A DNA stretch of 14,548 nt from an uncultured Flavobacteriales bacterium (GTDB lineage Bacteria; Bacteroidota; Bacteroidia; AKYH767-A; 2013-40CM-41-45), in NCBI GenBank assembly GCA_964391495.1, contig CAYMMN010000045.1, positions 1 through 14,548 on the forward strand, read 5' to 3'. The notes beneath the pieces were generated by a model. It saw nothing but the letters and a program-made list of their open reading frames with translations, was not told where the DNA came from and searched no databases. The position numbers were made by a program, and so were the translations under genes. Below, in pieces: positions 7,186 to 14,548 of the stretch. Numbering within the stretch: position 1 is the stretch's first letter; every line of letters begins with the position of its first letter.

Positions 7186-9384
7186 TCATTGTTTTACAAA
7201 TGTCAATGATTGACCATTCACCGAAATAAAATACAAATCCGGTTCAAGTTTTGAAACATCAAGTGAAAATGATGATCCGTTATTTGTAATTTCTTTTTCA
7301 ATGACCAATCGTCCAAGGACATCTCTCACTTCAATATTATTTTTTGAATTATTCCCTTTGAACCAAACTGTCAGATAATTTTTCGCCGGATTTGGGGAGA
7401 TGAAAAAATCTTTTTCACGCAGCTCTGAATTAGTGATACCGCTGATCACCGGTGAGTCATCCGTATTTACAATGTTAGCAGCGGTATAATACACTAGCAC
7501 CGCGGTTTCATTTGAAGGAGTAGAGCTTCCCCAACCTGGAACATTGATTACAGGAAGATCGTTGCCGATCGCGTTTCCAAGAGTGTCGGCAGTCTGCCGT
7601 CCGACCACGACAATACCATTCGCGGTTTTAAACAAACCAAAAATATCTGTGTTCGATCCACCCTGTTGTGTGAGTGTGTCCCATTGTCCGACTACAAGAG
7701 AACTGTAATAGGGGAGAGTCAGATCAGCATTGTAAACACGCACAAAACTATTCCAGCAACTTTGTCCGCCGAAATCCGGTTTCACCATTTTCTGATAAGC
7801 ATTCGCTGTTGTGATTGTTCTTCTGCCAACTGCACCGATGCAAACCCAACCGGCTGCAGTAACTTTCATATTGTTCTTCGCGAGACGGGTTGTGTTTACA
7901 TCCGGCCATCCGGTATTGGGATCCGGCCAGCCGTCGAGATTCGGATCCGGATGTGGTGTACCGAAACCTCCTGTTCCTTCGGCATATTCCGCTACATATG
8001 TACTGTGCAACAGTGTTCCATCAAGAAGTTTTAGTTTTCCCAGCCAACTTTCGTGAATGTTTCCATTCGTTCCGGTGAACTGATTCCTGAAACCATATGC
8101 TGACGGATTCGCGCTGATGGTATTTCCTTCCCAGAAATTTTCTACGTTATTCCCATGTGTTCTTCCTCCAACCACCAAAGTTCCTGCATCAACTGGTTGA
8201 GAATAATCGATTGCGAGCGCGTCAACATACTGATCGGGAATAGAAACCATGGTATCGCCTGTAGGTGTAATTTCGTGATACAGTCGGCTCCACCATTTCA
8301 ATGTTCCTGAAGAATCCATGGCAATGACAGCAGGTTCGAAATCAGGACTGCCACCCGGAGCAACACTTTTCATATTCATGCCAATGTAAACATCATTGGT
8401 TCTTTTATCGATCGCAATGTTTGATCCACCATAAACCGGACAACAGGCGGCAGCAGAGTATCCAGTGTAACCGGGACTGTTTGCTGTAGGATTGGCAGGA
8501 TCACAAGGGCCATCAAAAAGAATATCGATGGGCCATTTTCCTTTTTTTAATCCACCGTTTCCATCGGGCAACATTTGATCGTATTCATTCTGTGTCCATG
8601 AGCGTAAGTCGCATCGTCCCCAGATTTTCAAAACAATACCACTGTAAGAAACAGAATCGAGACCACCATTCGAATATGATGATGCGGGAGTTCCTTTCCA
8701 TTCTCCGCCATGCACTAGCCAATGTGTTCTCCAGTTATTTACAACTCTCCTGTTGCCATTGTTGTCGAGACTGTATATAGCTGCCCAGTCATATGCATAA
8801 GCTTGTCCGGATATATAAAAGACATGTCCGTCATTGGTAACATCCCAGGGCTGGTAATCTTTTGGTCCGGTTTCGGCCCAGACATTTCTCGCCCAGACTA
8901 AATCTGTTGGGATTCCGTTTACGAAATTGTTGTTCAGTTTTGCCAGATAATAGCCGCCGTCATTCGCATAGGTATCACTTGTATTTCCGCTGATGTAAAG
9001 ATCTCCGGTTGGCACACCGGGAGGAGTATTGGTTTTGATAAAACGGACATCTTCCACAGCGCCTTGCGGAAATTTTACGACATGCAGAATTGTTTGCAAA
9101 TCAGAAGAGATCTGTAGAATATAGCCGTAGCGATTTGATCCGAGTCCATTGTGAATGCCGTGCACTCCGAGAGTTGTCTGTGGGACAGAAGAATTGATCC
9201 AGGACAGATCATCCGAATAGCCGCAAACGAGGAAGGTTCCGTCGGAAATCTGCATGACGTCATAGAAGTTGTCTTTCCCGCTGTTTCCTGCATATGTGAC
9301 AATGTTTGATTGAGCAAACGCGGATGAAAAAAACAGGACAAAAAATGTGATGATAATTCCGGTTGATTTCATTTGAGTATTCAT
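7186..9384 (-). CDS. secreted T9SS cargo protein of unknown function (signal peptide plus type-A Por_Secre_tail C-terminal sorting domain); Gly/Asn/Trp-rich central region, possibly beta-propeller-like
   Basis: The ORF is 732 aa. The signal peptide is MKSTGIIITFFVLFFSSAFAQ. The C-terminal 80 aa match the T9SS CTD pattern (…FISPNPAKNYLTVWF…VRDVLGRLV…LEPDLYFISV…). An alternative start four codons downstream at 9372 (MKSTG…) is equally plausible. Confidence 0.85.
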   Translation of the reverse strand: MNTQMKSTGIIITFFVLFFSSAFAQSNIVTYAGNSGKDNFYDVMQISDGTFLVCGYSDDLSWINSSVPQTTLGVHGIHNGLGSNRYGYILQISSDLQTILHVVKFPQGAVEDVRFIKTNTPPGVPTGDLYISGNTSDTYANDGGYYLAKLNNNFVNGIPTDLVWARNVWAETGPKDYQPWDVTNDGHVFYISGQAYAYDWAAIYSLDNNGNRRVVNNWRTHWLVHGGEWKGTPASSYSNGGLDSVSYSGIVLKIWGRCDLRSWTQNEYDQMLPDGNGGLKKGKWPIDILFDGPCDPANPTANSPGYTGYSAAACCPVYGGSNIAIDKRTNDVYIGMNMKSVAPGGSPDFEPAVIAMDSSGTLKWWSRLYHEITPTGDTMVSIPDQYVDALAIDYSQPVDAGTLVVGGRTHGNNVENFWEGNTISANPSAYGFRNQFTGTNGNIHESWLGKLKLLDGTLLHSTYVAEYAEGTGGFGTPHPDPNLDGWPDPNTGWPDVNTTRLAKNNMKVTAAGWVCIGAVGRRTITTANAYQKMVKPDFGGQSCWNSFVRVYNADLTLPYYSSLVVGQWDTLTQQGGSNTDIFGLFKTANGIVVVGRQTADTLGNAIGNDLPVINVPGWGSSTPSNETAVLVYYTAANIVNTDDSPVISGITNSELREKDFFISPNPAKNYLTVWFKGNNSKNNIEVRDVLGRLVIEKEITNNGSSFSLDVSKLEPDLYFISVNGQSLTFVKQ

Positions 9385-9464
9385 ATAAGTGTGTGAATTT
9401 ACTAAGGTAGTATTTAGCTTTAACAGACGAATTTAATCTTTCAATTTTATTGAAAGGATGATGA

Positions 9465-9851
9465 TCAGGGATGAATTTTCTTTCCCGAGAATTCCTCATC
9501 AATCAAAATTGCCTGATGCAGAAATTCCTTTATTTTTCTCGATTTTATATCTTTTATTGAATAAAAGGTGATGGTCGCGATTTCTTTCCGGCCCTCTTTT
9601 TCAAGAATGCCTTCATCATCAACAATCATCTGTCCTTTGCAAAATCCAAGTACGACACCGGCTTTGGGTCCGGGTTTGACGGAAGCCGGCCAGATATAAC
9701 AGACTCTGGAGTGGATAAAAAAGTAGGGTACCTGATAGGAGATTTTTTCTCTGAATTTGGGTGAAGTGCTGAGTATAATCTCACGAAGCAGATCTACCAT
9801 TGCCCATTCTGCAGGAGAGATATATTCATAAAATTCCTCAAGAGTTTTCAT
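9465..9851 (-). CDS. DUF1801 (YdhG-like) family small protein
   Basis: It is 128 aa from the internal Met (MKTLEEFYEYISPAEW…). The core EKISYQVPYFFIHSRVCYIWPASVKP resembles the DUF1801 signature (ISYGMP.F…HIGFYP). The ORF track extends it 17 codons upstream to 9902 (MYFTFLKFRLAFYICSA-), which looks like a non-native extension. Confidence 0.7.
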   Translation of the reverse strand: MKTLEEFYEYISPAEWAMVDLLREIILSTSPKFREKISYQVPYFFIHSRVCYIWPASVKPGPKAGVVLGFCKGQMIVDDEGILEKEGRKEIATITFYSIKDIKSRKIKEFLHQAILIDEEFSGKKIHP

Positions 9852-9976
9852 TGCTGAACAAATATAAAAGGCTAACCGGAATTTTAAAAAGGTAAAGTAC
9901 AAGAATTTATAAAATAAGCCTTAAACTCAGTATTACATCACCTGTTTCTGTGATTTCTGAATTGAAGCTTATTCCT

Positions 9977-9984
9977 TATCTTTG
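9977..9984 (+). promoter_or_regulatory. candidate Bacteroidota sigmaA -7 box TATCTTTG (TAnnTTTG) about 70 nt upstream of the 10056 start
   Basis: The motif is seen in the sequence. Its consensus and role come from established Bacteroides and Flavobacterium promoter studies. There is no clear -33 TTTG at ideal spacing. Confidence 0.3.
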
Positions 9985-10055
9985 TATTTACGGATTAAGC
10001 ACGTACATCTATCTTTCCACTGCGGAAATTCTATACATCCCTTGAATTTTATTCA

Positions 10056-12743
10056 ATGAAATTAACCAGGTTATTACTTGTGATCGCATTCCTTTTGTCG
10101 TCACGCTACGTGAATGCACAGAAATTCTTTTCTAAAGAAGCGCCACGTCCATTGTCATTTTTGGAAATGCAAAGACAATTCGACTCATGGAAAAATCGTG
10201 TCGATCTGAAATCTGAAAAGAACTGGAAATATTTCAAACGCTGGGAAATGGATATGCAAATGCACACCGATGCCAGTGGCAAGCCAGGTGATCCGGCTGT
10301 ATACATCGATGCGATCACCAAAGCAGCAGCAGAGAAGAACAGAGCGGGAAGTTCCAGACTGATGTCATCCGGCTGGACTCCTTCCGGTCCAAATGCTGTG
10401 CCGAATAACCTCACGGGTTATATGGAGAATGGAATCGGCAGAATCAATTGTATCGCTTTTCATCCGAATGATCCTGCGACCTATTTCATTGGTGTTGCAC
10501 AAGGCGGGGTCTGGAAAACGACTAACAACGGACAATCCTGGACACCGATTACAGAGAACTTACCGATCCTTCGCATCAGTGATATTTCAATTGATCCGAA
10601 TAATCCGGATGTGATGTATATTTCTGTTTGTGATTTTGAATACATCGGATTTGGATTAAATCTGAATGGAAGAAAACGAAATACTCACTATGGTCTTGGA
10701 GTATACAAAACAACTGATGGTGGTGTGAACTGGCAGCCAACCGGGTTAAGCTTTCAGCTTACAAATGGCGATGCGTCATTGATTCGAAAAGTTTTAGTTA
10801 GTCCCGGAAACAGCAGTCATCTTGTCGCTTGTGGAGCCAGTGGAATGTATACCAGTACTGATGCCGGAGCGAGCTGGACACAAAGGATGGATTCATTGTT
10901 TTGGGATCTTGTGCAGGATCCTGCAAATCCTGATATTTTGTATGCCGCTACCGGTTGGGTATTCAATTCGAATGATGGCGGTGCAGGAATTTACAAGTCT
11001 TCTGATTTTGGAAATACCTGGACCATACTGAATACGGGAATACCTCCTACAGGCGTTGTTCAAAGAGTGAAACTTGCTTTGGCGCCCTCAGATCCAAACA
11101 GAATTTATGCAGTAACTGTAAACCTGGATTTTGGATTGGATGGAATTTATATTTCAGATGACGCCGGAAGTTCATGGCAATACAATAATCCCGGTGTGAA
11201 TATTCTTGAAGGAGGGGATGGAATGGGATCCGGCGGTCAGGGCAATTATGATTTAGGATTAGTGGTAGATGCAGCTGATAAAGATCTTGTGTATGTAGGC
11301 GGAGTTAATATTTGGGGATCTTCGGATGGAGCTCTGACATTTAATCCGGTTAGTCACTGGACGCTCAGTTATGGCCCGACTCTGCATGGTGATATTCATT
11401 TCATGCAACAACAACCCATGACAGGGAATATGTTTGTTTGCAATGATGGCGGGTTGTACAGGACACCATATATGTACATCCACAACTGGAATGACGCGAA
11501 CAATGGAATTCCCTGGCCAACAGTATGGACCAATCTTAGCAGTGGTATGCAGGTGACTTCATTCTACCGTTTGTCGAGTTCCCAAAATCTGACCGGTCGT
11601 CTGATGGCAGGAGCTCAGGATAATGCATCGTTTTATTTCGATGGTTCTACCTGGAGTACAATTTTCGGTGGCGATGGAATGGATAACTACCTTGATCCAA
11701 TCGATGATAATTCCATTATTGGTTCAAGTCAGTATGGAAATTTCAATCAGAGTTTTGATGGTGGTTTTTCCGGAAACGGAATTTTTGCAAATATCAATAA
11801 TGAGAATGCGGAATGGACAACGCCAATTGTGGCGGACTACAACAACTATGGAACTTTTTATATTGGTTATACCAATGTGAGTAAGAGTGTTGACAATGGA
11901 ATGAGTTGGTCCATGATCTCTTCATTTCCTGTACCCGGGATCTCAGATAATGAAATTACCGCGATGGCTTTGAGTAATTCTGATCCGAATGTACTGTATG
12001 TTGCAAAAAGAGTTCGGTATGAATATTCAATTCCGGGTTCAGTTTACATGACCAGCGATGGTGGACAGAACTGGAATGATATTACTGCCGGAGTTCCGGA
12101 CTCATTGTATTATACGAGTATGGATGTACATTCATCGGATCCAATGATCGCTTATATCAGCATGGCCGGATTCAGTGCGGGAAATAAAGTGTTCAGAACA
12201 ACGGACGGCGGTATGAGCTGGCAAAATATTTCCTTCAACCTGCCGAACCTTCCTGTTAATTGTATTAAAAATATCCCGGGTACAGATATGCTTCTTGCCG
12301 GTACAGATATCGGAGTTTATTTGCTCGACAGTGCATCCTCTAATTGGAGTCTGTATGGTACAGGATTACCGAATGTGATTGTAACGGATATTGAATTTAA
12401 TCAGGTGTTGAATAAAATTTATGTCAGCACTTTTGGAAGAGGAATTTGGGAAACAGATCTTGGTACTTTGCTGCATGTTTCCACGGGTAATGATGCGAAG
12501 TTTAATGCTGATCTGTATCCTTCTGTAAACAATGGAACTTTCACTATCCATTTATCTTCTCCACTTAAATCGAGTGGCGAGATGCGTCTGGAAATTATTG
12601 ATATCACGGGAAGATTGATTTCGAAATCTGCAATTTCAGGAAATAGTGATTCCTTCCAGAAGCTTGATGTGAAACCCGGAAAATATTTTGCGAGGCTCAC
12701 TTCTGAACAAGGCGTACTTGTGAAGAGCTTTATTGTAGAGTAA
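10056..12743 (+). CDS. secreted BNR/Asp-box repeat double beta-propeller protein (sortilin/VPS10-like or GH74 xyloglucanase-like) with type-A T9SS C-terminal sorting domain
   Basis: The ORF is 895 aa. The signal peptide is MKLTRLLLVIAFLLSSRYVNA. There are at least 9 Asp-box motifs S/T-x-D-x-G-x-[ST]-W (TTDGGVNWQP, STDAGASWTQ, SSDFGNTWTI, SDDAGSSWQY, SVDNGMSWSM, TSDGGQNWND, TTDGGMSWQN …). The C-terminal about 80 aa fit the T9SS CTD (…LYPSVNNGTFTI…IIDITGRLI…GKYFARL…). Confidence 0.9.
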   Translation: MKLTRLLLVIAFLLSSRYVNAQKFFSKEAPRPLSFLEMQRQFDSWKNRVDLKSEKNWKYFKRWEMDMQMHTDASGKPGDPAVYIDAITKAAAEKNRAGSSRLMSSGWTPSGPNAVPNNLTGYMENGIGRINCIAFHPNDPATYFIGVAQGGVWKTTNNGQSWTPITENLPILRISDISIDPNNPDVMYISVCDFEYIGFGLNLNGRKRNTHYGLGVYKTTDGGVNWQPTGLSFQLTNGDASLIRKVLVSPGNSSHLVACGASGMYTSTDAGASWTQRMDSLFWDLVQDPANPDILYAATGWVFNSNDGGAGIYKSSDFGNTWTILNTGIPPTGVVQRVKLALAPSDPNRIYAVTVNLDFGLDGIYISDDAGSSWQYNNPGVNILEGGDGMGSGGQGNYDLGLVVDAADKDLVYVGGVNIWGSSDGALTFNPVSHWTLSYGPTLHGDIHFMQQQPMTGNMFVCNDGGLYRTPYMYIHNWNDANNGIPWPTVWTNLSSGMQVTSFYRLSSSQNLTGRLMAGAQDNASFYFDGSTWSTIFGGDGMDNYLDPIDDNSIIGSSQYGNFNQSFDGGFSGNGIFANINNENAEWTTPIVADYNNYGTFYIGYTNVSKSVDNGMSWSMISSFPVPGISDNEITAMALSNSDPNVLYVAKRVRYEYSIPGSVYMTSDGGQNWNDITAGVPDSLYYTSMDVHSSDPMIAYISMAGFSAGNKVFRTTDGGMSWQNISFNLPNLPVNCIKNIPGTDMLLAGTDIGVYLLDSASSNWSLYGTGLPNVIVTDIEFNQVLNKIYVSTFGRGIWETDLGTLLHVSTGNDAKFNADLYPSVNNGTFTIHLSSPLKSSGEMRLEIIDITGRLISKSAISGNSDSFQKLDVKPGKYFARLTSEQGVLVKSFIVE

Positions 12744-12793
12744 AAAATCGATTTGACCTTGTGAATAAATCACGTTTATAGTATGAATTAAAT

Positions 12794-12844
12794 GATTTAT
12801 TTGAGGAGATGTTCTATTTGAGGATATTCCTTATTTGGATTTAT
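12794..12844 (+). repeat. three imperfect 17-bp direct repeats (core TATTTGAGGA x2 exact, TATTTGGATT) in the 350-bp intergenic region
   Basis: Seen directly: the cores lie at 12798-12807, 12815-12824 and 12832-12841, exactly 17 bp apart. Confidence 0.35.
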
Positions 12845-13093
12845 TCTTAATAGGGCATATTTACTTTCCTTTTTATTCTGAATTCCCGGTGAATTTTCCA
12901 TGTTGAGGAAAAATCATACAATCTTTTTTTAAGCTTACCGTTAGTCTCCTATAGGTTGGTGTAACAGGGTTTGCTTCAACCTTTGATTCTTCCTGAAATG
13001 TGAATAATTAACGTCTAAACATCAACTTTATACTGATACAATCTTTACTTTTATTCTCTTATCAGTTTTTTAAAACACAAAAACAGAAAACCA

Positions 13094-14080
13094 ATGAAAA
13101 CCCGTTTAATTGCTATCTTAACAATGTTTGTTGCAGTAGTATTGATTTCAACTGCCTGCAAAAAGGACGAGAATTCCGGATCCAATTCTAATAATAATGT
13201 ACAATTGGATTCCAAAGTTTCGCAATTTAATTCAGATGCGAGCAATTACAAATCTGAATCAGATCAGGTTGACAATGACATCAACAATTCCTTAAGCAGT
13301 ATTCCTGCGTTTGGTCGTGTTGCGCAAGGGGCTGCAGTGCTTTCAAGTCCATTGTGTGGCGTTGTGATTGATTCTTCCCAAATCGCGAACAAGATTTTGT
13401 TCTACAATTTTGATGGGCAAACGCCATGTTTTTCTCCATCAAGAACACGTTCCGGACAGATTAAAGTACAATTGACATCAGGAGTACATTGGAGTGATGC
13501 GGGAGCTGTATTGACGCTCACTTATATTAATTTTAAAGTAACACGACTGAGCGATAATAAATCGATCATGTTTAATGGGGTAAAGACCCTTACGAATATC
13601 AATGGCAATGACTGGATAGGGTTCCTCCTGAGTACTGCTACTCTTAAGTATCAGGAAAGAGCGCTTAATATCGCGGTGACTTTTGATAATAACCTGAGTG
13701 CGACCTGGAATGTTGCGCGTACAACAGAATGGAATTATGTTCAGGCAACTACCAATCCGGACATTCCTTATGCGCACATTGTCTTCACCGCGCAAGGTGA
13801 TACAAGTTTGAATGGACTGACACATGTTGACAGTTGGGGTGTGAACAGGTTTGGTGAAAATTTCACTACTAATTATACCAGTCCGGTTGTATCAAATACG
13901 TATTGTGGTTTATGGAGATTTAATTCAGGGGAATTGGTTCACAGATTAAACAATGCTTCATTCACACTGACTTTAGGTCTGGATCAGAATGGAAATCCGA
14001 CACCTTATGCATGTGCATATGGTTACAAAGTAGCGTGGACTATTAATGGGAATTCTAATAATGTTATTTTGAGTTATTGA
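13094..14080 (+). CDS. predicted surface-exposed lipoprotein of unknown function (SPII signal …LISTAC followed by K-K-D-E lipoprotein-export-signal-like motif)
   Basis: The ORF is 328 aa. The N-terminus is a hydrophobic h-region followed by Cys22. The segment C-KKDEN fits the K-(D/E)2 LES described for Bacteroidota surface lipoproteins. An Asn/Ser-rich linker follows, then a beta-rich body. Confidence 0.8.
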   Translation: MKTRLIAILTMFVAVVLISTACKKDENSGSNSNNNVQLDSKVSQFNSDASNYKSESDQVDNDINNSLSSIPAFGRVAQGAAVLSSPLCGVVIDSSQIANKILFYNFDGQTPCFSPSRTRSGQIKVQLTSGVHWSDAGAVLTLTYINFKVTRLSDNKSIMFNGVKTLTNINGNDWIGFLLSTATLKYQERALNIAVTFDNNLSATWNVARTTEWNYVQATTNPDIPYAHIVFTAQGDTSLNGLTHVDSWGVNRFGENFTTNYTSPVVSNTYCGLWRFNSGELVHRLNNASFTLTLGLDQNGNPTPYACAYGYKVAWTINGNSNNVILSY

Positions 14081-14157
14081 TTTTTCGGGATCAGTCATTC
14101 ATAAAATCTTCAATTAACCATTGAATCATATTACAGGTGCATAGCCTGTTTTCTGCG

Positions 14158-14197
14158 AGGGCGCATGAGGAGAATTCCTGGTGCGCCCTTTTTTATA
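14158..14197 (+). terminator. Rho-independent terminator (8-bp GC stem AGGGCGCA/TGCGCCCT, 16-nt loop, T6 tract)
   Basis: Seen directly: the stem is 14158-14165 paired with 14182-14189, and TTTTTTA is at 14190-14196. It lies 78 nt after the stop of the lipoprotein gene. Confidence 0.65.
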
Positions 14198-14399
14198 ATG
14201 GAGGATAATTTTGATGACAATCTTACAGTCTGTTACATATTTTTCTGCAAGGCTTTGTCCACTTTTTATCATTTCGTATTTTAAATAGATTATCTTTTAG
14301 AATGTGGTGAATTCCGAATCATTTTGGAGGAATACAGGCAAAATATCAGGCAATTCCGAAATGAACGGGCGTAACAGAAACCACAGAGCTTTAATTGAC

Positions 14400-14548
14400 A
14401 TGAAATTCCGCTTAAATCTTACTTACATTTTATTCACAGGAATCGTATTTTTTCTTTTGAATATTTCTATGCAGGCGACGACGTATTATTCAAGGCAGAA
14501 TGGATTGTCAAATTCAAGCTCTTCCTGGAGTACGACGTATTTAGTGGA
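14400..14548 (+). CDS. 5' end of a gene for a secreted protein (signal peptide MKFRLNLTYILFTGIVFFLLNISMQA…), truncated by the window edge
   Basis: The frame is open from 14301 to the window end. Candidate starts are ATG at 14361 (MNGRNRNHRALID-) and ATG at 14400. The 14400 start gives a canonical signal peptide. Confidence 0.5.
   Translation, partial: MKFRLNLTYILFTGIVFFLLNISMQATTYYSRQNGLSNSSSSWSTTYLV

Noticed and set aside
7666-9341. + strand ORFs 7666..8034, 7811..8056, 7890..8078 and 8592..8780, and - strand 9075..9341, inside the 732-aa T9SS cargo gene
   Set aside because: They are embedded in a long intact CDS with a signal peptide and CTD, and have Cys/Arg-rich odd composition.
9260-9502. 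80-aa - strand ORF spanning the intergenic region between the DUF1801 and cargo genes
   Set aside because: It overlaps the start of one gene and the end of another, and the region is better explained as a promoter or intergenic sequence.
10106-12700. Small ORFs inside the BNR protein gene on both strands (10106..10414-, 10393..10614+, 10822..11031+, 11259..11483-, 11623..11880+, 12366..12551-, 12419..12700-)
   Set aside because: They are all embedded in a 895-aa CDS with consistent Asp-box periodicity, so they are spurious.
13051-13825. - strand ORFs 13051..13245 and 13478..13825 overlapping the lipoprotein gene
   Set aside because: They are antisense to a CDS that has a strong lipoprotein signal and its own terminator.
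1-14548. Screen for CRISPR arrays, tRNA or rRNA genes, IS or transposon ends, integrases, phage genes, toxin-antitoxin or defence-system hallmarks
   Set aside because: There are no regularly spaced direct repeats of 24-48 bp. There is no cloverleaf-compatible tRNA candidate in the intergenic regions. No DDE, tyrosine or serine recombinase catalytic motifs are present, nor ATPase or nuclease pairings typical of defence islands. The only recombinase association is the name of the PF10136 family, which lacks known catalytic motifs.

Overview
This window looks like an ordinary chromosomal segment from a Bacteroidota genome, roughly 40% GC. Evidence for that placement: two large secreted proteins end in type-A T9SS C-terminal sorting domains, no clear Shine-Dalgarno sequences are visible, and a candidate Bacteroidota -7 box (TAnnTTTG) sits upstream of the large + strand gene. 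One lipoprotein carries a Bacteroidota-type lipoprotein export signal just after its Cys. I find no CRISPR array, tRNA or rRNA, and nothing I recognise as a transposase, integrase, defence system or toxin-antitoxin pair; I do not see a clear novel multi-gene system. Eight complete genes and two partial genes are supported. In order they are: an alpha/beta-hydrolase (- strand); a 654-aa polytopic membrane protein that may belong to the Gcr-like 'site-specific recombinase' PF10136 family (+); a secreted PQQ-like beta-propeller protein (-); a flotillin-like SPFH/band-7 protein with four 11-residue Glu-Ala repeats (+); a 732-aa T9SS cargo protein of unknown function (-); a DUF1801-like small protein (-); an 895-aa BNR/Asp-box double-propeller T9SS cargo protein (+); and a predicted surface lipoprotein (+). 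Three hairpin-plus-T-tract terminators are visible. The most unusual non-coding structure is an array of about six tandem heptamers (AGTTATG-like) that inverts on itself. It forms a perfect 27-bp stem right after the stop codon of the membrane-protein gene and has no T-tract. Other points worth a look are a 467-bp AT-rich non-coding gap upstream of the flotillin gene, a 17-bp x3 direct repeat downstream of the BNR gene, and start-codon ambiguities.
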